Source: an uncultured Mollicutes bacterium (GTDB lineage: Bacteria; Bacillota_I; Bacilli_A; RF39; UBA660). From it: DNA of 32,000 bases. The stretch lies in the NCBI GenBank assembly GCA_945969495.1, contig CAMFOH010000003.1, positions 1 through 32,000 of the forward strand, given 5' to 3'. The notes beneath the pieces were generated by a model. It was given only the letters and a program-made list of their open reading frames with translations. It ran no database searches and was not told the origin of the DNA. A program made the position numbers and the translations under genes. Shown in pieces: positions 5,107-15,413 of the stretch; position 1 is the first letter of the stretch, and each line of letters begins with the position of its first letter.

Positions 5107-6001
5107 AAAAATAAAAGAAAAAAGAAAGGAAAACGTCCTTCAACTTGTTGAAAAAACTCATTTATTAAAAAGGTATTTTCTTTTAGTAATTGCAGTAGGA
5201 ATATATGCAGTAGCTTATAATTTATTCTTTTATAAAAATAATATTGTTTACGGTGGTGCAAGTGGTATATCAATAATTACACAAAATTTAATTGAACCAT
5301 CTGTTATGATATTTATATTAAATGTATTTTTCTTAGTTTTAAGTTTTTTTCTATTGGGCAAAAAGCAAACATTAGATTCAATAGTAGGATCACTTTTATA
5401 TCCTATTTTTGTAAAATTAACCGCTAATATAGGTAACTATATAGTAATTGATAATTCCGATTTATTACTTATTACTATAATAGGTGGTGTTTGCGTAGGC
5501 TTTGCATCTGGAATTGTTTTTAAAAGTGGTTTTACTACTGGAGGTACAGATATACTAAATCAAATTGTTTCTAAGTGTTTTAAAGTATCTATTGGAACAT
5601 CAATGTTAATGACTGACGGCTTGATAGTTCTTGCTGGTGGATTTTTCTTTGGTTGGACAAGGGTTTTATATGCACTTATAGTTTTATATATAATAAATAT
5701 AATGGTTGATAAAGTAGTTTTAGGAATATCAGGAAGTAAAGCTATTTATATTACTACTGATGCTGATGATGAAGTATGTAATTATTTATTAAATGAATTG
5801 AAGTTAGGAATAACTTTGCTTGAAACAAGAGGGGGATACACTAATAAGAAAGATCAAATTATTATGTGTGTAGTTCCAACCATTGACTATTTTAAAGTAA
5901 GTGAGGGAATTGAGCAGATAGATCCAAAAGCAGTTGTTTTGGTTACAGATGCATATCAAACTAGTGGAACATATAGAGGTAACACAAGAACTAATAGATA
6001 G
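5093..6001 (+). CDS. YitT/YvjA-family (UPF0750, DUF2179-containing) membrane protein
   Basis: Multi-TM N-terminal part with GGASGISII and GGTDIL motifs, plus a C-terminal soluble domain. Overlaps the prfB stop by 14 nt. Same position as yvjA after prfB in Bacillus subtilis. Confidence 0.8.
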   Translation: MKLFKKIKEKRKENVLQLVEKTHLLKRYFLLVIAVGIYAVAYNLFFYKNNIVYGGASGISIITQNLIEPSVMIFILNVFFLVLSFFLLGKKQTLDSIVGSLLYPIFVKLTANIGNYIVIDNSDLLLITIIGGVCVGFASGIVFKSGFTTGGTDILNQIVSKCFKVSIGTSMLMTDGLIVLAGGFFFGWTRVLYALIVLYIINIMVDKVVLGISGSKAIYITTDADDEVCNYLLNELKLGITLLETRGGYTNKKDQIIMCVVPTIDYFKVSEGIEQIDPKAVVLVTDAYQTSGTYRGNTRTNR

Positions 6002-6029
6002 AATTAAAGAAGTAAAGGAAGGGATTTAA

Positions 6030-6728
6030 ATGGAATTTATAAAATTTAAAAACGTTGAAAAAACATATAAGAATGGTGTTAATGCAGTTTATGATATGAA
6101 CCTTGATATAAAAAAAGGAGAGTTTGTGTTTATAATAGGTGCATCAGGGTCAGGCAAATCAACGTTAATAAAAATGTTGTATCGAGAAGAAAAACCTACT
6201 AGTGGAGAAATTTACGTTGGTGGGGTTAACGTTGCTAAGGTAAAAAATAATAAAGTTTATAAATTAAGAAGAAAAATAGGAATAGTTTTTCAAGATTATA
6301 AATTACTTCCTAAATTAACGGTATATGAGAACGTAGCATTTGCTCTTGAAATATATGGATTGCCCACTGATGAGGTTAAAAGAAAAGTTTTGAAAGCTTT
6401 AGACTTAGTTGGATTAAAATCTAGAACAAAAAGTTATCCTGATCAGTTATCTGGCGGAGAGCAGCAAAGAGTTGCAATAGCTCGTGCAATAGTTAATTCT
6501 CCAAAACTTTTAATTTGTGATGAACCGACTGGTAATTTAGATCCTGATACTAGTTTAGAAGTTATGAAGGTAATTGAAAAAATTAATGACTTAGGAACTA
6601 CTATTGTAATGGCAACACATGATAGGGAAATGGTTGATAAAATGAAAAAAAGAGTTGTTTTATTAGATAATGGTAAATTAATTAAAGATTATGAGAAGGG
6701 AAGTTATAGTAATTATGAGAGCAATTAG
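6030..6728 (+). CDS. ftsE: Cell-division ABC transporter ATP-binding protein FtsE
   Basis: Walker A GASGSGKST, signature LSGGEQQR, Walker B LLICDEPTGNLD. Followed by ftsX. Confidence 0.93.
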   Translation: MEFIKFKNVEKTYKNGVNAVYDMNLDIKKGEFVFIIGASGSGKSTLIKMLYREEKPTSGEIYVGGVNVAKVKNNKVYKLRRKIGIVFQDYKLLPKLTVYENVAFALEIYGLPTDEVKRKVLKALDLVGLKSRTKSYPDQLSGGEQQRVAIARAIVNSPKLLICDEPTGNLDPDTSLEVMKVIEKINDLGTTIVMATHDREMVDKMKKRVVLLDNGKLIKDYEKGSYSNYESN

Positions 6729-7614
6729 GATATTTTTAAGAAACATAAGAGATGGATTTAAAAGTGTTGGTAGAAATCTTAGTTTATCTATTGCTTCAAT
6801 ATCATGTATAACCATAACTCTTTTAATTGTTGGTATAGCATTAGTTGTTTCTTATAATGTTGAAAACGTGACAAAATTAGTTAAGGAAGATTTTACAATA
6901 GTAGCTTTTATTGATGTTAATGCCACAAAGGAAGATATTGAAAATTTACAGAACACTATTAAAGATTATTCCAATGTAGAATCAGTAGAACATCAAACTA
7001 ACAAACAGATTGCAGAAGAAATGAGAAAAACATCTAGCGAACTAGCTAGTATAATAGATAGTTGGTCAGATGATACGAATCCATTATATGATACCCTTTT
7101 AATAAAAGTTAAAAATACAGAAAACATATCGAAAACAGCAACTAAAATAGAAAATTTAGAATTTATAAACAAAGTTAAATACGGACAAGGAATGGTAGAA
7201 GATTTACTTGTTATATTTAAAGTTTTAGAAAAAGCAATGCTAATAGCAATGATTGCGTTGGTGCTTGTAACTTTATTTTTAATAACAAATACAATTAAAA
7301 TAACGATTTTTTCAAGAAAAAGAGAAATTGAAATAATGCGTTTGGTTGGTGCTTCTAATTTTTCTATAAAACAACCATTTGTAATAGAAGGATTATGTTT
7401 GGGATTTTTAGGTTCACTTATTCCAATTGCATCAATTTTATATGGCTATTCTGCATTATATAATCATTTTAACGGGCAATTTTTTTCTCCATTCTTTAAA
7501 CTTGTTTCAGCAGAGCCTTTTATATATATTGCTTCGTTAGCATTACTAATATTAGGAGTTGTCGTTGGAATGTTTGGTAGTTATAGAGCGGTAAGGAAGT
7601 ATCTAAAAATATAA
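6715..7614 (+). CDS. ftsX: Cell-division ABC transporter permease-like protein FtsX
   Basis: The N-terminus MRAIRIFLRNIRDGFKSVGRN resembles FtsX N-termini. There is a large extracellular loop and 4 TM helices. The ORF opens at 6691, but the ATG at 6715 fits family N-termini better. Confidence 0.88.
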   Translation: MRAIRIFLRNIRDGFKSVGRNLSLSIASISCITITLLIVGIALVVSYNVENVTKLVKEDFTIVAFIDVNATKEDIENLQNTIKDYSNVESVEHQTNKQIAEEMRKTSSELASIIDSWSDDTNPLYDTLLIKVKNTENISKTATKIENLEFINKVKYGQGMVEDLLVIFKVLEKAMLIAMIALVLVTLFLITNTIKITIFSRKREIEIMRLVGASNFSIKQPFVIEGLCLGFLGSLIPIASILYGYSALYNHFNGQFFSPFFKLVSAEPFIYIASLALLILGVVVGMFGSYRAVRKYLKI

Positions 7615-8801
7615 TGAAAAGATTTATAGTTTTATTATTAGTATTAATACTAATACCTTTTGCAAAAGTAAATGCAGCTGAAAAAACAATTGCTCAGTGG
7701 GAAACAGAACTAAACAAAGTTCAAAAAGAATTAGATGAAACAAATGCTAAGAAAAACCAAACACAAAGTGAAATAAATCAAGCAAACAATAAAATTAATT
7801 CTATCTATGCACAAATAGAAAATATAGAACAAGAGATTTCTAATAAAACAGAAGAAAGTAAAAAGCTAGAAGAGAATATTGCAAAAAAAAATAAAGAAAC
7901 TGAAGAACTAATGCGTTATTATCAAGTATCATCTTCTGGTTCAGCAATGTTAGAATACATAATGGGTGCAAAAAGTATTACAGATTTAATATATCGTTTA
8001 TCCATAACTGAACAAATATCTTCATATAATAAAAAAGTTGTAAAAGATATGAATCAAATGATTAAGGATAATGAACAAATAAAAAACGATTTAGCAAGTA
8101 AAAAAGAAGAACTTTCTAATTTAAAATCTGAGTTGAATAATCAAGTTGCTACATTAAATAAGACAAAAGTATCACTTGATGAAGAGGGACACTCATTATC
8201 AGAATCAATATCTGAAATGAAAAAAACAATATCAGATTTAAAGAAAATGGGATGTAAAACAAATGAAACTCCTACTGCTTGTCAAAAAAGAATATACGGC
8301 AATTCCGGAGGATATTTACCTCCAGGTTCTACTTTTTATAGACCAACGGCATCAGGTAGAATTTCTAGTGAGTATGGTTGGAGAACTTTGTATGGAAAAC
8401 CTAATTTGCATGCTGCAATAGATATTGCAACTCCAATCGGAACAACAGTTTATTCAGTTGCACCAGGTCGTGTTGCAAAAGTAATATATAGTAATTCAGG
8501 TGGTGGTAATCAAATAATTGTCCATCATCAAATAAATGGTAAATATTATACTTCATATTATTGTCATTTATCATCAATTAATGTTTCAGTAGGAACAATA
8601 GTTACAAAAGATACCATAATTGGTAAGTCTGGTAATACAGGTAACTCTACTGGACCACATCTACATCTAGGGTTAGCAAATGGTAGATGGTATAGTGATT
8701 ACTATTCTTATTATGGTAACAGTGGTTTTATAGGTCATTCGTTTAATCCAAGAAACGTAATTATCTTTCCTGCTAAAGGTTCAAGTTATTCAAATAGATA
8801 A
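7614..8801 (+). CDS. Secreted coiled-coil M23 (LytM-type) peptidase, PcsB/EnvC-like partner of FtsEX
   Basis: Signal peptide, an approximately 200-aa heptad-rich Q/E/K/N region, and a C-terminal M23 domain with HxxxD (LHAAIDIA) and HxH (GPHLHLG). The start ATG overlaps the ftsX stop (TAATG). Confidence 0.88.
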   Translation: MKRFIVLLLVLILIPFAKVNAAEKTIAQWETELNKVQKELDETNAKKNQTQSEINQANNKINSIYAQIENIEQEISNKTEESKKLEENIAKKNKETEELMRYYQVSSSGSAMLEYIMGAKSITDLIYRLSITEQISSYNKKVVKDMNQMIKDNEQIKNDLASKKEELSNLKSELNNQVATLNKTKVSLDEEGHSLSESISEMKKTISDLKKMGCKTNETPTACQKRIYGNSGGYLPPGSTFYRPTASGRISSEYGWRTLYGKPNLHAAIDIATPIGTTVYSVAPGRVAKVIYSNSGGGNQIIVHHQINGKYYTSYYCHLSSINVSVGTIVTKDTIIGKSGNTGNSTGPHLHLGLANGRWYSDYYSYYGNSGFIGHSFNPRNVIIFPAKGSSYSNR

Positions 8802-8827
8802 AGAGTATGTTTACTCTTTATTTTTTG
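8800..8827 (+). terminator. Rho-independent terminator
   Basis: Stem AAAGAGTA (8800-8807) pairs with TACTCTTT (8812-8819). Loop is TGTT, followed by a T-run. Confidence 0.7.
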
Positions 8828-8845
8828 TGTTGGTATTTCGATTTA

Positions 8846-8874
8846 TTGATTACTTTAAAAATACATGTTAGAAT
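8846..8874 (+). promoter_or_regulatory. uvrB promoter: -35 TTGATT, 17-nt spacer, extended -10 TGTTAGAAT
   Basis: TTGATT at 8846-8851 and TAGAAT at 8869-8874, preceded by TGT. The same ATGTTAGAAT decamer precedes uvrA. Confidence 0.55.
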
Positions 8875-8930
8875 AAAATGACAAGGGTTATTAGTTATTA
8901 ATTAAATTTTTATCTAAAAGGAGGAATATT

Positions 8931-10883
8931 ATGTTTGAATTAGTATCGAAATTTAAACCATTTGGAGATCAACCTCAAGCAATTAAAGACCTTTCAGACG
9001 GAATAAAAGATAATAAAAAATATCAGGTTCTACTAGGGGCAACAGGAACTGGTAAAACTTTTACAATTGCAAATGTAATCAAAGAAGTTAATAAGCCTAC
9101 ACTAGTACTTGCACATAATAAAACATTAGCAGGGCAACTTTATTCTGAATTAAAAGAATTATTTCCTAATAATCAGGTATGTTACTTTGTATCTTATTAC
9201 GACTATTATCAGCCAGAAGCATATGTTCCTTCAAGTGATACTTACATAGAAAAAGATTCATCGATAAATGATGAAATAGATGAATTAAGGCATTATGCTA
9301 CTTCATCTTTAATAAATACTAAAGATGTTATTGTTGTTGCATCGGTTTCTTGCATCTATGGTATCGGTGATAAAGAAGAATATGAAAATCATATGTTAAC
9401 TCTAAAGGTAGGAGATCAAATAAACAGAAATGATGTATTATCTAAATTAGTTGATATGATGTATGAAAGAAACAATATTGATTTAGCAAGGGGTACTTTT
9501 AGAGCTAAAGGGGATGTGATTGAAGTTATTCCAGTATATGAAAAAAGTAAGGGTATTAGAATTGAATTATTTGGTGATGAGATAGATAGAATATCTGAGT
9601 TTGATGTTTTAACAGGAGTTATAACTGGCGATAAAAAGTTTATTTCCATTCTTCCTGCTTCTCACTTTGTAACTGGCGAAGAAAAACTAAAAAAAGCGGT
9701 TGTTAACATCAAAGAAGAATTAAAAGATAGAATTAAATATTTTAAAGAAAATGGTAAATTATTAGAAGCTGAACGCCTGGAACAGCGGTGTAAGTATGAT
9801 TTGGAAATGTTAGAGGAAACAGGATTTTGCTCTGGTATAGAAAATTATTCTAGACATTTAGCTTTAAAACCAGAAGGTGCAACCCCGACCTGTCTTTTAG
9901 ACTTTTTTCCTGAAGATTTTTTAATGGTAATAGATGAATCTCATGTAACTTTACCACAGGTTAAAGCAATGTATAATGGTGATAGAAATAGGAAACAAAT
10001 GTTAGTTGATTATGGATTTAGACTACCTAGTGCACTTGATAATAGACCACTTCGTTATGAAGAATTTGAAGAAAAAATAAATCAAGTTATATACGTTTCT
10101 GCAACCCCAGGTGATGAGGAATTGCAAAAGGTTAATAATCATGTTGTTGAACAAATAATTCGTCCTACAGGTCTTCTTGATCCAAAAATTGAGGTTAGAA
10201 AATCAAGTAATCAAGTAGATGATCTAATTGAAGAAATACAAAAACAAATAGATAAAGGTGATAGAACCCTTGTTACAACCCTTACTATTCGGATGGCAGA
10301 AGAATTAACTTCATACTTAAAAAACTTGAATATCAAAGTTGCATACCTACATAGTGAAGTAAAAACATTAGAAAGATTAAAAATTATACATGACTTAAGA
10401 GAAGGTAAGTATGATGTTTTAGTTGGAATAAACTTACTTAGAGAAGGTCTTGACATTCCTGAGGTTAGTTTAGTTGCTATTTTGGATGCGGATAAACAAG
10501 GTTTCCTAAGAAGTCATCGTAGTTTAATACAAACCATAGGAAGGTGTGCAAGGAATGCCGATGGTAGAGTAATAATGTATGGTGATATAGTAAGTGACGC
10601 AATGAAAACGGCAATCGATGAAACAAAAAGACGTCGTACAATTCAAATGAAATATAATGAAGAACATAATATTATTCCTCAAACGATTAAGAAGAAAATA
10701 ATGGATGTTGTAAGTGTAAAAGAAGAAGATAAAAATACTAAAAAACATAAAGCTCGTGATAAAATTAATAATGATAAACTTCTAAAACAATTAGAAGAAG
10801 AAATGAATAAAGCTGCTAAAGAATTAGACTTTGAGCGTGCTATGGAACTTCGTGATATTATATTTGAGATGAAAGTAAATTAA
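8931..10883 (+). CDS. uvrB: Excinuclease ABC subunit B
   Basis: GATGTGKTF Walker A, DESH box, helicase motifs, and the C-terminal UVR domain ([22 protein letters not shown]). Confidence 0.96.
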   Translation: MFELVSKFKPFGDQPQAIKDLSDGIKDNKKYQVLLGATGTGKTFTIANVIKEVNKPTLVLAHNKTLAGQLYSELKELFPNNQVCYFVSYYDYYQPEAYVPSSDTYIEKDSSINDEIDELRHYATSSLINTKDVIVVASVSCIYGIGDKEEYENHMLTLKVGDQINRNDVLSKLVDMMYERNNIDLARGTFRAKGDVIEVIPVYEKSKGIRIELFGDEIDRISEFDVLTGVITGDKKFISILPASHFVTGEEKLKKAVVNIKEELKDRIKYFKENGKLLEAERLEQRCKYDLEMLEETGFCSGIENYSRHLALKPEGATPTCLLDFFPEDFLMVIDESHVTLPQVKAMYNGDRNRKQMLVDYGFRLPSALDNRPLRYEEFEEKINQVIYVSATPGDEELQKVNNHVVEQIIRPTGLLDPKIEVRKSSNQVDDLIEEIQKQIDKGDRTLVTTLTIRMAEELTSYLKNLNIKVAYLHSEVKTLERLKIIHDLREGKYDVLVGINLLREGLDIPEVSLVAILDADKQGFLRSHRSLIQTIGRCARNADGRVIMYGDIVSDAMKTAIDETKRRRTIQMKYNEEHNIIPQTIKKKIMDVVSVKEEDKNTKKHKARDKINNDKLLKQLEEEMNKAAKELDFERAMELRDIIFEMKVN

Positions 10884-10963
10884 AATATAAGAGTGAGACT
10901 AAAAGATGGTTGTTTTTTATATTTTTATATGATACTATATTTAGCCAATAAAGGTGTGGTAGC

Positions 10964-11869
10964 ATGGAAATAACGAAACAAATGGTTGATGAAGATTTTA
11001 TGCAATTAAAAGGTTTAGCAAAAATAGGAAAAGATATACATTCACCATATTTTTGCTCTTATGATAATATTTATCCATTTACCAATGACAGACTAAAAGA
11101 TATATTTAAAACGTTAGACACTAGTAATGGGGTGCTTACTGTTACTGCATCTGGAGATCAAGCTTTAATGGCTATATTAAATGGTGCTCCATATGTTAAA
11201 ATGTTTGACATTAATCACTTGGCAAAGTATTTTGCAATATTTAAATTTACCTCCATATCATGCTTATCATATGATGAATTTATAAGACTATACAAAATAA
11301 ACGTACCATTTTCTAATTCTATCGCAGGAGGTTTTTTAACCAACCCAGATGTTAAATTGTATAATAAAGTATGTTCTAACACAGACTATGTTTGTGCCAG
11401 ATTTTTTGAGTTGCTTTATGAATTTATGGAAACCGCAACAGTTGGTGAAAAATTCAACCTAGTTAATATTAAATATTATCCTAAATTAGCAGGATATTTA
11501 ACACGTAATGATTATGAAGAACTAAAATGGAAAATAAAAAACATATCAGCTTTAGATTTTGTTGATTGCAGCATATTTGATTTAAAACAAAATTTAGGTA
11601 ACGAAATTTATTCAGCGATGTTGTTTTCTAATATAAGTAGTTATTTTAATAAATCAGAATTAGAAAATTATTTAAAATTATTAAAATCTTTAGAAGAAAA
11701 TTTAACTAATGATGGTTTAATTCAAGCTGGATATGGAACTATAAAATATAAACCAGACAGTATAGGAAAAAACAGCATGGATCCTAAATTTATTGATGAT
11801 AATAGAAACTGTTTTTTTGAAACAAAATCACATGGAATGATGACTACCTTTTATAAGCGTAGTAAATAA
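10964..11869 (+). CDS. DUF3419/BtaA-like (SAM-dependent-fold) protein of unknown function, inserted between uvrB and uvrA
   Basis: VLTVTASGDQALMAILNGAPYVKMFDINHLAKYFAIFKFTSISCLSYDEFIRLY resembles, from memory, the N-terminal signature of DUF3419/BtaA-type proteins. No search was run. Confidence 0.45.
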   Translation: MEITKQMVDEDFMQLKGLAKIGKDIHSPYFCSYDNIYPFTNDRLKDIFKTLDTSNGVLTVTASGDQALMAILNGAPYVKMFDINHLAKYFAIFKFTSISCLSYDEFIRLYKINVPFSNSIAGGFLTNPDVKLYNKVCSNTDYVCARFFELLYEFMETATVGEKFNLVNIKYYPKLAGYLTRNDYEELKWKIKNISALDFVDCSIFDLKQNLGNEIYSAMLFSNISSYFNKSELENYLKLLKSLEENLTNDGLIQAGYGTIKYKPDSIGKNSMDPKFIDDNRNCFFETKSHGMMTTFYKRSK

Positions 11870-11926
11870 ATTACTTCAAAGATTAATTAAAATGGTTATA
11901 ATTTATATAATCATTTTTTTAATTAT

Positions 11927-11936
11927 ATGTTAGAAT
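11927..11936 (+). promoter_or_regulatory. Extended -10 element (TGTTAGAAT within ATGTTAGAAT) upstream of uvrA
   Basis: Identical decamer to 8865-8874. It lies 24 nt upstream of the preferred uvrA start. Confidence 0.45.
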
Positions 11937-11959
11937 TAGTAATAGAAAAGGTGATAAGT

Positions 11960-14773
11960 ATGGATAAAATAATAGTAAAAGGTGCTAGGGAAAATAATTT
12001 AAAAAACGTGGATATAGAAATACCAAAAGATAAACTAACCGTTATGACTGGTGTATCAGGTAGTGGCAAATCAAGTTTAGCCTTTGATACGATATACGCA
12101 GAAGGACAAAGAAGATATGTAGAAAGTTTGTCCGCTTATGCAAGGCAGTTTTTAGGAGGAACATCAAAACCTGACGTTGATTCCATTGAAGGGCTTTCTC
12201 CATCTATTTCAATAGATCAAAAAACTACTAATAATAATCCTAGATCAACGGTTGGTACAGTAACTGAAATATATGATTATTTTAGACTTTTGTTCGCTAG
12301 AATAGGTGTACCATATTGTCCTAATCATAACATTCCAATATCAAGTCAATCAATTGAAGAAATGACTATACAGATTATGAATGAAGAAGATGGAACTAAA
12401 TTAATTATTATGTCTCCTGTTGCATATGGTGAAAAAGGAACTTTTAAAGATCTTTTGGATAACTTAAGAAAAGAAGGTTATGTTAGGGTTAAAATAGATG
12501 GCGAAACAAAAGATTTAAGCGAAGAAATTATTTTAGATAAAAATAAAAAACATAATATCTTAGTAGTGATAGATAGAATAATAAAAAAAGATGATGCAAG
12601 AAGTAGAATATATGAAGCCTTGGAACTTGCATGTAAATTATCTAAGGGAAAAGCTGTTGTAGAAATTCCTGGAAAAGATGAAATTGTTATGAGTGAATCT
12701 TTCGCGTGCCCACATTGTGATTTTTCTTTAGAAGAATTAGAACCTAGAATGTTTTCATTTAACGCCCCTTATGGTTCATGCCCTGATTGTAAAGGGTTAG
12801 GATTCAAACAAAAAATAAGCGAACAATTGATTATTCCTGATAAAGAAAAAACACTTGCAAGAGGGGGCATAGAACCACTTTCTGGTATGGATGATCAAAA
12901 TATTTATATTAAAAAGCTAGAGATTGTATGCGAAAAATATAATATTGATATGAACAAGAAGATGAAAGATTTAACTAAAAAGGAATTAGATATTATTCTT
13001 CAAGGCACAAAAGAACCTATTGAATTTAATTTTAAAACTAGAAGTGGTAACGTCATGAATAGTTTTGAACCATATGAAGGAGTTTTAAATAATTTAGAAA
13101 GAAGGTATTTTGAGACTAATAGTGAATTCATAAGAGAATGGCTTGGCAAATACATGGTTGAGCTTACTTGTCCTACTTGTCATGGTAAGAGACTAAAAGA
13201 AAGTGTTTTATCAGTTTTAATAAATAAAAAAAACATAATTGATTTAACTGACATGAACATAGATAAATTATATGATTTTTTTGGTAAATTAAAATTAAGC
13301 AAGGAAAAAGAAGAGATAGCTAAACTATTAATTAAGGAAATAAAGTCACGGTTAGAATTTTTACATAACGTTGGACTTGGCTATTTAACATTATCTAGAA
13401 GTGCTGGAACTTTATCAGGAGGTGAAGCTCAAAGAATAAGGCTTGCAACTCAAATAGGTTCGCAGTTAACAGGAGTTTTATACGTACTTGATGAACCAAG
13501 CATAGGCCTTCATCAAAGGGATAATCAAAGGTTAATTGATTCATTATTAAAAATGAGAGATTTAGGCAACACCTTAATTGTTGTAGAGCATGATACCGAT
13601 ACCATGCTTCAGGCAGATTATTTAGTGGACGTTGGCCCTGGTGCTGGAGACCATGGAGGAGAAATCGTAGCATGTGGAACACCTAGCGAAGTTATGCAAA
13701 ATTCTAATAGTTTAACCGGAGATTATTTAAGCGGAAGAAAGCAAATAGAAGTTCCTTTAAAAAGAAGAAAAGGTAATGGTAAATTTATTGAGATTAAAGG
13801 TGCAAAAGAAAATAACCTTAAAAATATAAACGTTAAATTTCCTTTAGGTAAACTGGTTTTAGTAACTGGAGTATCTGGTTCTGGTAAAAGTAGTTTAGTA
13901 AATCAGATTTTATATAAGGCACTTGCTTTAAATGTATATGGATCAAAAGTGATTCCTGGAAAGCATAAAGCAATAAAAGGATTAGAAAATATTGATAAAG
14001 TAATAGATATAACGCAAGACCCAATAGGAAGAACACCACGTAGTAATCCTGCAACTTACGTTGGAGTGTTTGATGATATAAGAGATGTTTTTGCTCAAAC
14101 CAAAGAAGCTAAAATAAGAGGATATGAAAAAGGCAGGTTTTCATTTAATGTTAAAGGTGGTAGATGTGAAGCTTGCTGGGGTGATGGTGTAAAAAAAATA
14201 TCAATGAACTTTTTGCCAGACGTATATGTTCCATGTGAGGTATGTGGTGGTACAAGGTTTAATAAAGAGACACTTGAAGTTAAATATAAGGGTAAAACAA
14301 TTTATGATGTACTTCAAATGAGAGTAGAAGAAGCTTTGGACTTTTTTGAAAATCATCCTAAAATAAAACGTAAGTTACAAGTTTTGGTGGATGTAGGACT
14401 TGGTTATATAAAATTAGGGCAAAGTGCTCCAACTTTATCAGGCGGAGAAGCATCTAGGGTTAAGCTTGCAAAAGAACTTCAAAAAAAACCAACTGGTAAA
14501 AGTGTCTTTATCTTGGATGAACCAACTACTGGTCTTCATAGTGATGATATAAAAAGGTTATTATTAATTTTAAATAGAATAGTAGATAATGGAGATACGG
14601 TAATCGTTATTGAACATAATTTAGACGTAATAAAAGTTGCCGATTACATAATTGATTTAGGCCCAGAAGGTGGAGATAGTGGTGGTGAGATTGTTTGTGA
14701 GGGAACTCCAGAAGAAGTAGCAAAATGCACAAAATCATACACTGGTCAATATTTAAAAAAAATATTAAAATAA
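11960..14773 (+). CDS. uvrA: Excinuclease ABC subunit A
   Basis: MDKIIVKGARENNLKN N-terminus, two ABC modules (GVSGSGKSS twice, LSGGE twice), and zinc-finger cysteines. The ORF opens at 11927, but the ATG at 11960 has an AAAGGTGA RBS and the family-typical N-terminus. Confidence 0.96.
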   Translation: MDKIIVKGARENNLKNVDIEIPKDKLTVMTGVSGSGKSSLAFDTIYAEGQRRYVESLSAYARQFLGGTSKPDVDSIEGLSPSISIDQKTTNNNPRSTVGTVTEIYDYFRLLFARIGVPYCPNHNIPISSQSIEEMTIQIMNEEDGTKLIIMSPVAYGEKGTFKDLLDNLRKEGYVRVKIDGETKDLSEEIILDKNKKHNILVVIDRIIKKDDARSRIYEALELACKLSKGKAVVEIPGKDEIVMSESFACPHCDFSLEELEPRMFSFNAPYGSCPDCKGLGFKQKISEQLIIPDKEKTLARGGIEPLSGMDDQNIYIKKLEIVCEKYNIDMNKKMKDLTKKELDIILQGTKEPIEFNFKTRSGNVMNSFEPYEGVLNNLERRYFETNSEFIREWLGKYMVELTCPTCHGKRLKESVLSVLINKKNIIDLTDMNIDKLYDFFGKLKLSKEKEEIAKLLIKEIKSRLEFLHNVGLGYLTLSRSAGTLSGGEAQRIRLATQIGSQLTGVLYVLDEPSIGLHQRDNQRLIDSLLKMRDLGNTLIVVEHDTDTMLQADYLVDVGPGAGDHGGEIVACGTPSEVMQNSNSLTGDYLSGRKQIEVPLKRRKGNGKFIEIKGAKENNLKNINVKFPLGKLVLVTGVSGSGKSSLVNQILYKALALNVYGSKVIPGKHKAIKGLENIDKVIDITQDPIGRTPRSNPATYVGVFDDIRDVFAQTKEAKIRGYEKGRFSFNVKGGRCEACWGDGVKKISMNFLPDVYVPCEVCGGTRFNKETLEVKYKGKTIYDVLQMRVEEALDFFENHPKIKRKLQVLVDVGLGYIKLGQSAPTLSGGEASRVKLAKELQKKPTGKSVFILDEPTTGLHSDDIKRLLLILNRIVDNGDTVIVIEHNLDVIKVADYIIDLGPEGGDSGGEIVCEGTPEEVAKCTKSYTGQYLKKILK

Positions 14774-14803
14774 CGAGTGAAATTAAAAGCTACGAATAAT
14801 AAT

Positions 14804-14840
14804 AAAGTAGAGATTTATATAATCTTTACTTTATTTTTTT
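14804..14840 (+). terminator. Rho-independent terminator after uvrA
   Basis: 12-bp stem AAAGTAGAGATT with AATCTTTACTTT (one G-U pair), followed by a long T-run. Confidence 0.75.
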
Positions 14841-14917
14841 ATAATTAATTTATTAATTTAATCTTAACTTTTATAATTATGAAAATGATAAAATATTTTT
14901 TGAAAGGAGTTGTTGTC

Positions 14918-15334
14918 ATGATAAAACCATTAAATATTTCTTGGACTAAAACAAAGAAAAATGTTGAACAAATGATATCAAGGTATATATATTATAGTTT
15001 ATCTGTTGATAACAATTCCACCTCTTGCATCAATGATAATTTTTTATTAGATATGTTAAATATAAACGGAATTGATAAATCGCATTTAAACATCAATCAA
15101 GAAGAACAAAAAAACAGAGTAGATTTTATAAATCATGTTAGATTTTCTTTTAATAAACTAACGACAGAAGAAAGAAAAATAATTTATTGGACTTATTTTG
15201 ATAAAGAAGATAATTATGATGATAGATTTATTGCTAATAATCTTGGATTTTCACTTGGTTATTACTATATAAAGAAAAAAGAGACATTAATAAGATTTGC
15301 TTATTCACTTGGGGTAGAAGAAATTGAAAAATGA
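14918..15334 (+). CDS. ArpU-family (phage late-gene type, sigma-region-4-like) transcriptional regulator, orphan
   Basis: N-terminal ..TKTKKNVEQMISRY.. and C-terminal LTTEERKIIYWTYFDK...IANNLGFSLGYYYIKKKETLIRFAYSLG match the ArpU pattern from memory. The GGAG RBS favours the ATG at 14918 over the ORF-track start at 14879. Confidence 0.5.
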   Translation: MIKPLNISWTKTKKNVEQMISRYIYYSLSVDNNSTSCINDNFLLDMLNINGIDKSHLNINQEEQKNRVDFINHVRFSFNKLTTEERKIIYWTYFDKEDNYDDRFIANNLGFSLGYYYIKKKETLIRFAYSLGVEEIEK

Positions 15335-15413
15335 TCCTTTGGGGAGTATTTTTTGACGAAAAAAATAGTTATATTAAATTACTTTTATATGCTATAATTA
15401 TATTGGTGATAAA

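Noticed and set aside
8830-8930. LexA (Cheo) box upstream of uvrB, and likewise at 11870-11959 upstream of uvrA
   Set aside because: I could find no GAAC-N4-GTTC-like dyad by eye. The shared ATGTTAGAAT is better explained as an extended -10 element.
11927-11959. ORF-track start of uvrA at 11927 (MLELVIEKVIS..). N-terminally extended starts were similarly rejected at 14879, 16658, 18709, 19532, 21181, 21416, 25783 and 30645.
   Set aside because: Downstream ATGs have proper Shine-Dalgarno spacing and give family-typical N-termini. Several of the extended starts are TTG or GTG codons that lie inside promoters or upstream genes.
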